From Myxococcales bacterium (GTDB lineage Bacteria > Myxococcota_A > Polyangia > Palsa-1104 > JAEUJZ01), in contig JAEUKA010000028.1 in assembly GCA_016794465.1 (NCBI GenBank), forward strand, positions 64,001 through 124,050: 60,050 nucleotides of DNA. Direction: 5' to 3'. Shown here one piece after another: positions 37,550-46,846 of the stretch (position 1 is the first letter of the stretch; every line of letters starts with the position of its first letter). A model generated the notes under the pieces. The model worked only from the letters and a program-made list of their open reading frames with translations, was not told where the DNA came from and did not search any database. Position numbers and translations under genes: made by a program.

Positions 37550-39697
37550 CTAGCTCGCCTCCACAGCTGGGATTCCCAGCGTCTTTGCGCGCAGCCAGCG
37601 CAGCCCCAGGGACGGAAAGAGCCGCAGCGCAATCGCCCGCAGCATGGGTGCGCTGGCCCGATCATGTGCTGCGTAGCCTTGCCAGATTCGCTGCCATGCT
37701 CGCGCCACCAGCGCTGGATCGGCACACTGCGCTAGCTCTTCCAGATAGAGCTTGATCGCCCGTACGGACCACGCAGTGTGACCGGAAGCACCGTTGTCGA
37801 TCGTGTTGTGAAGGACAAAAAAGTACGGATCAATGTGATGGTGTCGCAACAGTGCGCTGGCGCGGCTGTACATCTGTCCAACCCCGGCCAGCTCGACGGC
37901 AAGATTCAATCCCAGGAGCTCTGGGTAGAACTCTCTGCTGTGATAGGAGATCGCCAGCCACTGCACCGGAGTCGCAAAGGAATCGGGCAGAAATCCTGGC
38001 CAGCGGACAAAGTCCAGCGTGTCACAGGAAGGCAGCACAACTCCCTGCTCGGCCAAGACGGCTCTCATGATGTTGCCGTGATGTTGATGCGGAATACCGG
38101 CACCTAGCTCATCGCGGTAGATCCGAAACAGCAGACTCGAAGACTCCGCACAAGAGCAGTCTGGAGACGCCACCCCTTGTAGCCAAGCACCGTCGATGAG
38201 CGCGGCTGGCGTCAGCTGACAGAGCAGCCACAAGACTTGATCCCGCCGCAGATGTCGCTCGATTCCCAGCAGCTCGGAGTCGATCGCTGTCCCTGCCGCG
38301 ACCTGCTCCCTTAGTCGTGCATCCACCCAGTCTGTAAGTCGCTGCGCCGACCACGGCCACAGACCTTGTCTGTGAAGCACTTCGACTCGCGCTGCGGACT
38401 CCACTGCGTGCAAGCGCTGCGTCAAAAACTGGTGGGCCAGTGAAGCGGAATCGGCGCGATGAGGCGCAGTCAGCAAGCGATGGTAGATTATCGGCAGCGA
38501 CGGAAGTTGACTCTGTATCGCCGCTTCTTTAGGACTCTGTGTCAAAAGTATTGATACATCATGTAGAGCGGACGAAGCGGGCTCCGAAGCACTCAGCTCG
38601 GACGGTGGCGCAGTCGCAGAGTCCGGCAGAGCAGCAATCCAGTCGTGCAGGACCGCAAGCTCCGCATCATCAAAGACTCCGAACATCGATCCACCAAACT
38701 GGGTGGTGCGCTGCAGCAGCGGACTGTGTTCCGGATGTCCGGGAACCACCCAAGGAGAGCGCGCCAGCGTCGCGAGAAATCCCGCCAGATTGGGCTTACT
38801 GGGATCAAACCAGGCATCTAACGATCGGCCTTGCAGCTGCACATTCCGATGAAATCCAAAGCCATGGCGGCACTTCGATTCGACCAGAGTCATCATCGCC
38901 TGCCACGCAGTCTGCTTCCGTTTGGGACGAAGGGAAGCCAGCCACTTTCGTCGCTGATGATGTAGCGCTGCTGCTGCCGCATACAGACGATCCCAAGCGG
39001 GAGTACCGAGCGCGGCATAGGCCAGCAGACTCCGCTTTGCTAGCTGCTCGGCACAGCGCTGCTCCTTTTGATCGCGCTGATGCACGGCCAGATACTGACT
39101 CTGCACTTGCTCTGCCAGGGCGCTTCGGACCCGCAAAGGAGGCCCCCACAGTGTCATCGCCACGTGCATCCCAAGCACTTCTGGAAGCGCACTGGGTGAA
39201 GCCCGACCGATCCGCAGACCGAGGAGCGCCAGCGCAAAGTCCTCCTCTGTCAAGCGATCATCCTGACAGAGCGCATCACTCTGTGGTGAAGCCACCGCGA
39301 TTCCCTGCGCCGCGAGCGCCGCCCGATAGAGATTGCCGTGATGTTGCGTTGCACTTCCCGATCCGGTTTCCAGATAAAACGCATCGAGCAGAATCTGTCC
39401 GAGCAGACTATCTGTTCGATCTACTTGCACACTCCGTAGCAGCCAACATCCGTCGAGAAGTGCAGTGGGAGCATAGGCGATCAGCACCGTGGGTTGCGAG
39501 TCCGCTGGGAGCGCCGGTTGCTCGGCTTCCTCACGCAGGCCCAGCTCGCGAATGGCCGTCCACAGTTCCTCTGAACCTTCACAGCGCGGCAGCTGTCTAT
39601 CCAGCAGTACGGAAGGGAGTACCGGTTCGATCGACTCCTGAGGTCGCTGCACCAGCTGATAATAGGCAGATCGAATGCTTCCTTTCTGTCCAGGCAC
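37550..39697 (-). CDS. Tandem-domain 'iron-containing redox enzyme' (heme-oxygenase-like/PqqC-CADD-like fold, two copies)
   Basis: The motif LLDGcWL...LLqIl.DE.G.G....HHGN.....LA.QG occurs twice, at about aa 85-135 and about aa 510-560, in a 715-aa protein. It is the first gene of the operon. Confidence 0.5.
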   Translation of the reverse strand: MPGQKGSIRSAYYQLVQRPQESIEPVLPSVLLDRQLPRCEGSEELWTAIRELGLREEAEQPALPADSQPTVLIAYAPTALLDGCWLLRSVQVDRTDSLLGQILLDAFYLETGSGSATQHHGNLYRAALAAQGIAVASPQSDALCQDDRLTEEDFALALLGLRIGRASPSALPEVLGMHVAMTLWGPPLRVRSALAEQVQSQYLAVHQRDQKEQRCAEQLAKRSLLAYAALGTPAWDRLYAAAAALHHQRRKWLASLRPKRKQTAWQAMMTLVESKCRHGFGFHRNVQLQGRSLDAWFDPSKPNLAGFLATLARSPWVVPGHPEHSPLLQRTTQFGGSMFGVFDDAELAVLHDWIAALPDSATAPPSELSASEPASSALHDVSILLTQSPKEAAIQSQLPSLPIIYHRLLTAPHRADSASLAHQFLTQRLHAVESAARVEVLHRQGLWPWSAQRLTDWVDARLREQVAAGTAIDSELLGIERHLRRDQVLWLLCQLTPAALIDGAWLQGVASPDCSCAESSSLLFRIYRDELGAGIPHQHHGNIMRAVLAEQGVVLPSCDTLDFVRWPGFLPDSFATPVQWLAISYHSREFYPELLGLNLAVELAGVGQMYSRASALLRHHHIDPYFFVLHNTIDNGASGHTAWSVRAIKLYLEELAQCADPALVARAWQRIWQGYAAHDRASAPMLRAIALRLFPSLGLRWLRAKTLGIPAVEAS

Positions 39698-40055
39698 TGC
39701 GCAGCCGCCCCCCTCACATGGCCCTGCTCAGTCGCATACGAGCCGGGCGCTTCCTTTATCGTGCTTGGAACCACAGCCTCCTGTCAACTCGGCGGACCTT
39801 GGCTCACAAAAGAGCTGCGCACACATCGAAGGGAAGTGGCGTCGTACGTAGGATGCTCGCGCCTAAGGTGGCAGTATCTATGCAGCGTTGCGAGAGCCCT
39901 GTGCTTCCGCTGTTTCGCGACGAAGAGGAAACACCCATCCCGCCCTTCCCGACGGGGGTTGAGTTCACCGCGAACTATTTAAGTAACTTCTCTGACGAGA
40001 AATTTCATGGTCAAAAATCGCGGAAACGCTTGGGGAACGGGGGAGTGTAGGCAGG

Positions 40056-41267
40056 TCAGCGACGATAACCGATGGCGGAGCAGACTTGATCACGCTGCGC
40101 TGTAGAGAGCGCTAGGAGGGTCGCGATCAAGTCGTCTAGCGTTCCTCGCAGCGTTTCACAGACGCGAGCGCTGCGGGCTCCATCGAGCGCGCTCTGGCTG
40201 ATGTAGTGGCGCTTCGTCACTTCGTCCGAACCATGCCCCAGCGCCTGCGCCACGTAGCTCGAGCTTGCCCCTGCCTGCACTGCCAGCGAGGAATGCAGAC
40301 CACGCAGCGAGTGCGGGCAGACGACCGGCAGTTCGGCTTGATGGCAGTACTTCGTCAGCGCCTTGTGCAGACACGTCGCCGAAAGGACCGTCGAGCCATT
40401 GAGGGAGAAAATCAGCGCATCGGGCTTCAAGCTTGCCGCACGCCTGCGCAGTAGTTCCTTCACGATCGGCGCATCGAGCGCAAGCCGACGCTTGGCGTTC
40501 TTCGTCTTGGTCCCATCCACCACAATCACGCTAGCGTCGCAGTCGAGATCGCGCTTCTTGAGCTTGAGCACTTCGCTACTACGCAAGCCGAGAAACAACT
40601 GCGTCAGCAGTGCCAGCGCTCGCCACTCACCAAGCGATGCACGCTCTGTCAGATAGTCGCTTAGCCGCTTCGCTTCATCCGTCCGAAGCTGTAGCTTCCC
40701 TTTGTTCGCTCTGCCGATTGACTGCACATCATCAAAAGGATTCTTGGCGACAAGCTTCTTTTTCACCGCAAAGCGATACACCGCCTTCACTGCTCTCAGC
40801 GCGATTGCATGCGATGCCACAGCATACTTATCAACTGCCAGCAGATAGAGTGCTTCGGCCTTCTCTGGCGACATATGGGCAGGTTTGTCGAGCTTGGGAA
40901 CGATGCGCATGATCATGTGCTTCACATGAAGCAGCGAACGATCTAGACAGCCACGCTGTCGCTTATACTCGATAAACTGCGCAAGCAAATCACCCACTGT
41001 CAGCTTTGCAGAGTCGTCGAAGCTGGCAAGTAGGTTGCTTTTGGCCGTCTCGGCTTGCTGGACTGAGTCGAATACCAGAGACTTGCGCTTGTCGCCACTC
41101 TTGACGACAAGTCGCCACTTGTCATTGTTCGCGTACGGTCCTAGCACCTTGGGTGCCTCTTGTGGTTCGTCGGCTTGCGTCGCATCCTTCGTCTCTACTC
41201 TCTTGCGTGAGAGCTTGCGCTTTAGACTGCTACGTGGTGCGGTGTATAGATCATTGAGTGCGTTCAT
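40056..41267 (-). mobile_element. int: Tyrosine site-specific recombinase (phage-type integrase), left end of a lower-GC integrative element
   Basis: R...H..R...Y catalytic residues are present (LRSSEVLKLK, HSLRGLHSS, HGSDEVTKRHY). GC drops from this point rightwards. Confidence 0.85.
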
Positions 41268-41575
41268 CGCTTACTCTCCTTCGCTCGCTTGCGGTTTATG
41301 GTGCGTATCGCGTCTGTTGCCTTTTTGATGTACATGCACATAAGCGAGTAGTGCCCACCGATTCCACCTAGACCGAACCACACATCAAGTCGCTGAAAGT
41401 GATTCACTTTGTCTGGGGCAAGGAAATCGCGGATCGGTGTTACTCGGCAAACGATCTCACGCTCACCGATGAAGACAGAGCACTTGCCTGTTACTTGATA
41501 CTGCACTTGTGAGGCGCAAGGCGTTGCCTCATATGTGAATACAAGACGGAATGGCGTTAGGCGTGGCTCGCTCAT
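41264..41575 (-). CDS. Hypothetical small protein
   Basis: 103-aa ORF overlapping the integrase start by 4 nt. Confidence 0.35.
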   Translation of the reverse strand: MSEPRLTPFRLVFTYEATPCASQVQYQVTGKCSVFIGEREIVCRVTPIRDFLAPDKVNHFQRLDVWFGLGGIGGHYSLMCMYIKKATDAIRTINRKRAKESKR

Positions 41576-41576
41576 G

Positions 41577-41810
41577 TTAAAGTACCTTTCCCACTCGACG
41601 AAAGCACGCCTTACAGCGCATAGAACGCCTGACGCGCTCTATGCCGCTAAAGACCTCTCGACGAACGATCGTCCTGTCACCGAGTAGCAAGATGCTCTCG
41701 GCGTAGGTGCCGATCTGGTAGGCGCTGACGACGGCACGACAGACTGTTCTGCCGTCGGTAAGCTGATGATCTAACAGATGGACTTTGGATTTTTTCTCGA
41801 TGGATGACAT
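41577..41810 (-). CDS. Hypothetical small protein (possible excisionase or regulator)
   Basis: 77 aa, basic, divergent from the repressor gene across an operator-containing spacer. Confidence 0.3.
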   Translation of the reverse strand: MSSIEKKSKVHLLDHQLTDGRTVCRAVVSAYQIGTYAESILLLGDRTIVRREVFSGIERVRRSMRCKACFRRVGKVL

Positions 41811-41827
41811 GAGATTTTGCCTCGAAT

Positions 41828-41992
41828 TACCCCAAAGGGTATTTCCCTAAAGGGTAACAGTCAAGTGGAATAGCGATCTCGACGGCATCGGTGACAAGTG
41901 TGGGCTTGCGGAAGGCCAATTCGCATCAAGCTTCCGTCAGTAGCTTCAGGGTCTATCGCGAATGTTTACTGACGGTATTACCCTATAGGGTT
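41828..41992. promoter_or_regulatory. Three ACCCTnnAGGGT-type palindromic operator-like sites in the divergent promoter region
   Basis: tACCCcaaAGGGTa (41828-41841), tCCCTaaAGGGTa (41844-41858) and tACCCTatAGGGTt (41978-41992) lie between divergent genes next to an XRE/cI-like repressor gene. Confidence 0.45.
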
Positions 41993-42031
41993 TTTCATCG
42001 CTATCGTCGCTGACTGTGGTAGATCACGACG

Positions 42032-42277
42032 ATGACCACTGAAACTGGGCGTCTGGCATCGCTGAACATCGGCGTGCGCCTGGCTGAAGCGCGTTCGCGT
42101 CGCGCTTTGACGCTCGTGCAGCTCGCGAAAAAGTCAGGCGTGGGCGTCACGACGATCGCCAGCATCGAGAAGCTAGAGAAACAGCCTCGCAGTGATACCG
42201 TGGAAAAACTAGCGCGAGCGCTGGATGTTCCGCGCTGCTGGCTGTTCTGTGGAGATGGCAAGAAGCCTGTTTGGTAG
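42032..42277 (+). CDS. XRE-family HTH transcriptional regulator (cI/Cro-like repressor)
   Basis: LAEARSRRALTLVQLAKKSGVGVTTIASIEKLEKQPRSDTVEKLARAL is a classic HTH_3 sequence. Confidence 0.75.
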   Translation: MTTETGRLASLNIGVRLAEARSRRALTLVQLAKKSGVGVTTIASIEKLEKQPRSDTVEKLARALDVPRCWLFCGDGKKPVW

Positions 42278-42295
42278 GCCGTCAGACGTGGTGGG

Positions 42296-42574
42296 TTAGC
42301 CCGTCTTGGTTTCGGTAGGCGCGGCTTTCTTCGGCTTGGCGGTCTTCTTGGCCTTGCTGGTCTTCGGCTTTGCCTTCGGCTTGGCTTTGCTGGCCTTCGG
42401 CTTCTTGGGCTTGCTGGCCTTTGGTTTCTCCTCGGACTTGCTCGCTTTGGCTTCGGACTTGGGGTGGTACTCCATGACCGTGTAGACGGTCAGCCACTTG
42501 CGCGTGCCTGCCTTGTTCCAGCGGATGCGATCTTCCTTGGCTCCCGGTTCGTTGAACTTCTTTACGCGTGCCAT
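42296..42574 (-). CDS. Lys-rich histone-H1-like small DNA-binding protein
   Basis: The C-terminal tail is KPKASKPKKPKASKAKPKAKPKTSKAKKTAKPKK. Confidence 0.5.
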   Translation of the reverse strand: MARVKKFNEPGAKEDRIRWNKAGTRKWLTVYTVMEYHPKSEAKASKSEEKPKASKPKKPKASKAKPKAKPKTSKAKKTAKPKKAAPTETKTG

Positions 42575-42585
42575 TCGTTCCCCCT

Positions 42586-43095
42586 TTAAGCGACCTTTGG
42601 TTTCTTTCGATGGCTGAGTGTGTCGCTTCTGTCGATTCGATACACAGTTTCCTTGCCGGAAAATCCCAGCTTGCTACCATATTCTGTTGCAATGTCAAAA
42701 GGTTCATATCCTGGCTTGCGGATCTTCTTTTTATCGCCTCTGAAGCGTCCGCCCGTGTCTACAAGCCGAAATACATAATCTGGATACGCACCGAAGTAGA
42801 TTCGTGTACCATATGGAACCGTAAAACCACGCAGCTCTAGGTCGCCGGACACACTGACGTATGGATATTTGCTCTTATCTGCGATATGATTCTGCACAGT
42901 AATGACCGGATTCCCAATTCTATCGTTTGGACCACCTTCCATTGCTCGCAGATGAGGTGGTGCATCCGGGTGATATTCAGTAAAGATTGCACTTCTCCAT
43001 TCGCGGTCAATCGCATCGCTTGTTTGTGCTCCGCGCTGCTTCGATAATAACCATAGCGCCAGCGCCCCACCGACTAGCAATAGACCATCATTCAT
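42586..43095 (-). CDS. 3D-domain (MltA-like) peptidoglycan hydrolase with an N-terminal TM anchor. Putative endolysin.
   Basis: MNDGLLLVGGALALWLL is a TM helix. A 3D-domain signature follows (RFRLVDTGGRFRG...EPFDIATEY). The RBS gagga lies before ATG 43095. Confidence 0.6.
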   Translation of the reverse strand: MNDGLLLVGGALALWLLSKQRGAQTSDAIDREWRSAIFTEYHPDAPPHLRAMEGGPNDRIGNPVITVQNHIADKSKYPYVSVSGDLELRGFTVPYGTRIYFGAYPDYVFRLVDTGGRFRGDKKKIRKPGYEPFDIATEYGSKLGFSGKETVYRIDRSDTLSHRKKPKVA

Positions 43096-43097
43096 CG

Positions 43098-43637
43098 CTA
43101 TTTCCTCGTCTGATTGAGTAGCAGAACGACGAGCCCAAGGCCAAGGCCCCATTTGATTGCACTGGCGACGTTCTCGCCTAGCTCATTAGCACCAGCGACG
43201 ATGGTATTCTTTGCCTGCGTCACTGTGTTATTCACGCTTTTGGCAACGTCACCGGCTACGGTTGCATAGCTTGTGTTTCCGATGGAAAACTCTTTGTGCA
43301 GCTCCTCGGAAATTTGCCGTGATTGCTGCCAAGCGTCTAAGTAGGATTTTCGCTTATCGTTATCAGTAACAGCCGAGTCACCTTCTTTCATCAAGATTTC
43401 TGTCTTCTTGATCTTGTCCAGATAGGGACCGAAGCGCTGATGATTCTTCCAACGAACATAAAGACCCTCATACCACGCGACTTCCGACGCCATTTCAAAT
43501 GACTCTTTGGTCAGTTTGATCTGCTTCTCGGCGATCTCGCGGATCTTCGGGACTGGCCACGCTGAGACGGTGGCCAGATCGGTTTTCGGTGGCATAGGAA
43601 CGGCTGCTTGTGCTCTCGCCCAGACGCTCATATTCAT
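43098..43637 (-). CDS. Hypothetical protein with a C-terminal TM helix (lysis-cassette member?)
   Basis: ATG 43637 is preceded by ggggaggaa. The C-terminus WGLGLGLVVLLLN is hydrophobic. Confidence 0.45.
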   Translation of the reverse strand: MNMSVWARAQAAVPMPPKTDLATVSAWPVPKIREIAEKQIKLTKESFEMASEVAWYEGLYVRWKNHQRFGPYLDKIKKTEILMKEGDSAVTDNDKRKSYLDAWQQSRQISEELHKEFSIGNTSYATVAGDVAKSVNNTVTQAKNTIVAGANELGENVASAIKWGLGLGLVVLLLNQTRK

Positions 43638-43674
43638 TTCCTCCCCGTGAGTAGATCCCACACTGATGACGACT

Positions 43675-43953
43675 TCATGGCGGCGACTCCTGACCGCCCG
43701 GCCTAGCGTGCTGGGCGCGCAGCTTGTGCAGCTCGCGCAGCTCGGCCAGACCGGGCGCAAACAAGGCGCGCTCGATCAAGCGACGTTCCCGCCACTCCAT
43801 CACCTGCCGTCGTCCCCACAGACAGAGCAGAATCACCGGCAGCCCGCACGCCAGCAGCGCGACCACACAACCGGCCAGCGCAACCAGGAGCAGCGCGAGC
43901 GGCACCGCCAAGACCCGTGGCAGGCGATACAGCAGACCAAGAAGCGTCGGCAT
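43675..43953 (-). CDS. Small two-TM membrane protein (holin-like)
   Basis: 92 aa with two hydrophobic helices and a basic C-terminus. Confidence 0.4.
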   Translation of the reverse strand: MPTLLGLLYRLPRVLAVPLALLLVALAGCVVALLACGLPVILLCLWGRRQVMEWRERRLIERALFAPGLAELRELHKLRAQHARPGGQESPP

Positions 43954-43967
43954 GACTTGCGCCCCTC

Positions 43968-44321
43968 TCAGATGAACAGAGCGATTGTGGCCTCACCCTT
44001 GTTGGTGATCTCGACGGTGAGGTTGATGTCGTCGGCGCTCTGGATGTCGATTTCGCTGCACGCCTTGAAGCCGCGAATCACCCAGGTACGCGGCTTGACC
44101 GGCCTACCGTCGGAGTCTCGCATTCCGTGCGCGACTACCTGTTTTGCGCCGGTTCCCGTCACGGTGATGACGCTGTGTGGAGTCGCCAAGTCTGGACGTG
44201 CGCCGATGATGTCGATCGCCACTGCCGCCACATCCGCACCGATGAGTAAGGTGTACTTGCGGACGGCTGCGCGGACGCTTTCGTAGAGGGTTTTTCCGTC
44301 GTAAGGGTCTGTGAACTTCAT
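43968..44321 (-). CDS. Hypothetical protein
   Basis: 117-aa ORF in a co-oriented gene string. Confidence 0.45.
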   Translation of the reverse strand: MKFTDPYDGKTLYESVRAAVRKYTLLIGADVAAVAIDIIGARPDLATPHSVITVTGTGAKQVVAHGMRDSDGRPVKPRTWVIRGFKACSEIDIQSADDINLTVEITNKGEATIALFI

Positions 44322-44332
44322 GATTTGGGCTC

Positions 44333-45097
44333 CTACTTCACTTGGTCGATCTGCTCTTTGACAAACACGCCAAACTCGTACGTTCCCGTCTGCACTCCGC
44401 CCTGGGCGCTGAGCGTGTAGCCGGTGACTTGATTGCCGCTCACATTCGCTGTCACCGTCAGCAGCATCGAGGCGCTGAAGTTGTCTTCCGGTTGGATTGC
44501 AATCTGCGGGCGCGCTTCCGTCGCCAGTGGCCGAGGAAACCGCAGCGTAAAGAGTGGCCCTGGTGGAATCAGCGCCGAGACGGTGACGCGCACACGGTGA
44601 TGGCGGACACGCGGATCTTCGTCGGTGTTGCTGACGATGGCGGCGGTTGCGTTGGTGGCAAAGCCCGACAGATCCGCCGAAGTCACCTTTTCGCTCTCGG
44701 CATCCGTCAGCGTCTCCGACAGACGAGTCCAGCGCTTGTCACGGGTCGGACGAGTCCCGACGGGTAGCGTCGGCGCATCCAAGATGTAGACCCCGCCCAG
44801 GAACGTCACCACCTGATCGGCGTAATAGGTCGTGTTGTCGTTGTACCCCGTTGGAAGTGACCGCCCACGACACGCCAAGATCCAGCGCGGCGCACCTGGC
44901 GTCAGCGGCGACGAGACTTCGACGGGCGGCACCACGCCTGCACCGACTCCACCCCGTGCGACGTATTGCGAGCCGTTGAACGTGACGATCTGACCGTCGG
45001 AGTATGCGGTATTGCTACTCCACTCTGCGACACGAGGCTGGCTCGTCGAGCCCGTGGCCCCGCTGACGACGACATTATCGGCAGTAAAGATGCTCAT
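44333..45097 (-). CDS. Hypothetical protein with tail-fibre-like beta repeats
   Basis: Repeats YSDGQIVTFNGSQYVA and YYADQVVTFLGGVYIL are present. Confidence 0.45.
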   Translation of the reverse strand: MSIFTADNVVVSGATGSTSQPRVAEWSSNTAYSDGQIVTFNGSQYVARGGVGAGVVPPVEVSSPLTPGAPRWILACRGRSLPTGYNDNTTYYADQVVTFLGGVYILDAPTLPVGTRPTRDKRWTRLSETLTDAESEKVTSADLSGFATNATAAIVSNTDEDPRVRHHRVRVTVSALIPPGPLFTLRFPRPLATEARPQIAIQPEDNFSASMLLTVTANVSGNQVTGYTLSAQGGVQTGTYEFGVFVKEQIDQVK

Positions 45098-45103
45098 GGT
45101 CTG

Positions 45104-45439
45104 CTAACTCCTTCGGGGCGGCGGCGCGTAGACCGGCGCACGACTTCCGCCCTGATTTGGCTGGGGTTGGGGGCTATACCGAGTCGCCACGGGGAACGAG
45201 CCTTGCGGCGGTCCTCCCGTCGGTGAGTTGTTGACCGGCGGCGCAAGCACGATGCTCGAGCCGGGCCGGTTCGGAGCGCTGACCACCATTCCCCCCTGAC
45301 CGCTCGCACGGCTGTAGAGGTACTGTTCCCACTGGTCAATCAGGTTGGCGGCGTCGCTGTCGGAGATCGGCGTGTTCTCGGTGATTCCCAGGCTCGCGAA
45401 AAACTGCTGTCGGAGTCCCTCAATAATTGGCGACGGCAT
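45104..45439 (-). CDS. Hypothetical protein
   Basis: 111-aa ORF whose stop overlaps the next gene. Confidence 0.4.
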   Translation of the reverse strand: MPSPIIEGLRQQFFASLGITENTPISDSDAANLIDQWEQYLYSRASGQGGMVVSAPNRPGSSIVLAPPVNNSPTGGPPQGSFPVATRYSPQPQPNQGGSRAPVYAPPPRRS

Positions 45440-45442
45440 GGG

Positions 45443-46012
45443 TTACTCGACGGCAATTTCGCCGGTCTGGGGGTTGAAGTAGACCGCTTGCGCACGCATG
45501 AAGGTTCCGCTCGGCGCTCCGATCGCGCCTTGCCGCAGCACCTGCCCAGCCGTGCGCGTTACCATCGTCTGCGTCCCGGCCATCTGCGGTAGTGTTCCGA
45601 CAGGAACCGGCTGCGTGATGACCGTAGTGCTTGCGGTAGTCCCTTTGTTGAGCAGCGACATCATCAGCGCTTGCTGCACCGCGCTCGGACGCATGAACTC
45701 AAGGATCGCATCGGCTACACCGTTCACCACCGCGACCCAGAACGCTTCCCGCTTGCCTTCCTCGAAGCTGGCTTGGATCTGCTTCGACAGCGCTTCATTC
45801 GTGAAGACCGGCGCGCCCGACGAGTCAACCGGCGCAGGCATGCCCCGCAAAAAGAAGACGCCCGTCGTGATGATTGCGGCCAGCGACTTGAGCATCTTCG
45901 ACCAGCGCTCAAAGCTATCCTTCTGTGCGTCTTGCAGCGCTTGGATGAATTGAGGGTTAATCGCGCTATTTCCCCCCATCATCGCCAGCATAAAAAGCAA
46001 TGTACTGTTCAT
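45443..46012 (-). CDS. Hypothetical protein (N-terminal hydrophobic segment)
   Basis: 189-aa ORF. Confidence 0.45.
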   Translation of the reverse strand: MNSTLLFMLAMMGGNSAINPQFIQALQDAQKDSFERWSKMLKSLAAIITTGVFFLRGMPAPVDSSGAPVFTNEALSKQIQASFEEGKREAFWVAVVNGVADAILEFMRPSAVQQALMMSLLNKGTTASTTVITQPVPVGTLPQMAGTQTMVTRTAGQVLRQGAIGAPSGTFMRAQAVYFNPQTGEIAVE

Positions 46013-46015
46013 GAT

Positions 46016-46834
46016 CTACCCTTTCGGAATGCGAGCTTTCAAGGCTTTGTTTTCTTCTGCCAATGCGTCAATCTGTTTCTGTAGCTTCTCTAGGTCTGTG
46101 CTTGATGATTTATCCTCCTTGGCTTTCGCCTTATTGGCTTTGTCTTGCTCGGCTGCTTGCTTCAGTAGCGCGGCAGCGCGTTGTTCCTTCTGCTTGGCCG
46201 TGCGCGCCCAGTCGGGCAGCTCGTCGGCTTCGACCTCCGCCAACTGGTCGGCAAGGTCGCCTTGTCCGAAGATGCGCAGCACCTTGTCACCGACGAAATG
46301 AACGCCCCCCAGTAGCTCGTTGTACCATTCCGCTTGGGCTCTCTGTAGGCTGATATCGCTTTTTCCCGTGCGCACTGGAGGCTGAATGACTAGCGGAATA
46401 GGCATATCCGTGATTGCATCCAATGGTCGAATCGCCGGGAAGACGTGTCTTTGAAGTCCGACTTTCGTATCGTAAATGTGAAATTCCAATGGCCATGAAT
46501 TGCAGAACGCAACACCGAGAAGATGACCCACCGCTTCCCAGCAGTTTAGGCCGTCATCCGGCCATATTCTCGATCGCTGTGCAGGCCAACAACCGGGCGT
46601 CTTCGGCCCATCACCCAAGTCGAGCTTCACCGGCTGTTTCCATAGCCAAGAAATGATCTGATCAGGAGATCTGAATCCATAGGTATGCTTATTTGTAGCT
46701 ATTCGAGAGGCATACTCCACAAGACCCTCTAAGCACTGCGCTTGCTGTCCTGAGTGTTGATGTAGAACCACTCGCGGCAGACGGTAGCACGTCACTTCAT
46801 CCCAGACAGATACCGGGCCTTGTGGCTTGGTCAT
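46016..46834 (-). CDS. Hypothetical protein with a C-terminal coiled coil
   Basis: 272 aa with a Lys/Ala/Glu-rich heptad C-terminus. Confidence 0.45.
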   Translation of the reverse strand: MTKPQGPVSVWDEVTCYRLPRVVLHQHSGQQAQCLEGLVEYASRIATNKHTYGFRSPDQIISWLWKQPVKLDLGDGPKTPGCWPAQRSRIWPDDGLNCWEAVGHLLGVAFCNSWPLEFHIYDTKVGLQRHVFPAIRPLDAITDMPIPLVIQPPVRTGKSDISLQRAQAEWYNELLGGVHFVGDKVLRIFGQGDLADQLAEVEADELPDWARTAKQKEQRAAALLKQAAEQDKANKAKAKEDKSSSTDLEKLQKQIDALAEENKALKARIPKG

Positions 46835-46846
46835 GGTTCGACTCCA

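Noticed and set aside
38539-40050. 503-aa plus-strand ORF
   Set aside because: It is antisense to the 715-aa HO-like gene and is Arg/Ala/Pro-rich low complexity with no motifs.
39698-40055. Looked for a tRNA or tmRNA integration target next to the integrase 3' end
   Set aside because: There is no acceptor or T-arm (GGTTCGAATCC-like) structure on either strand. The att site remains unidentified.
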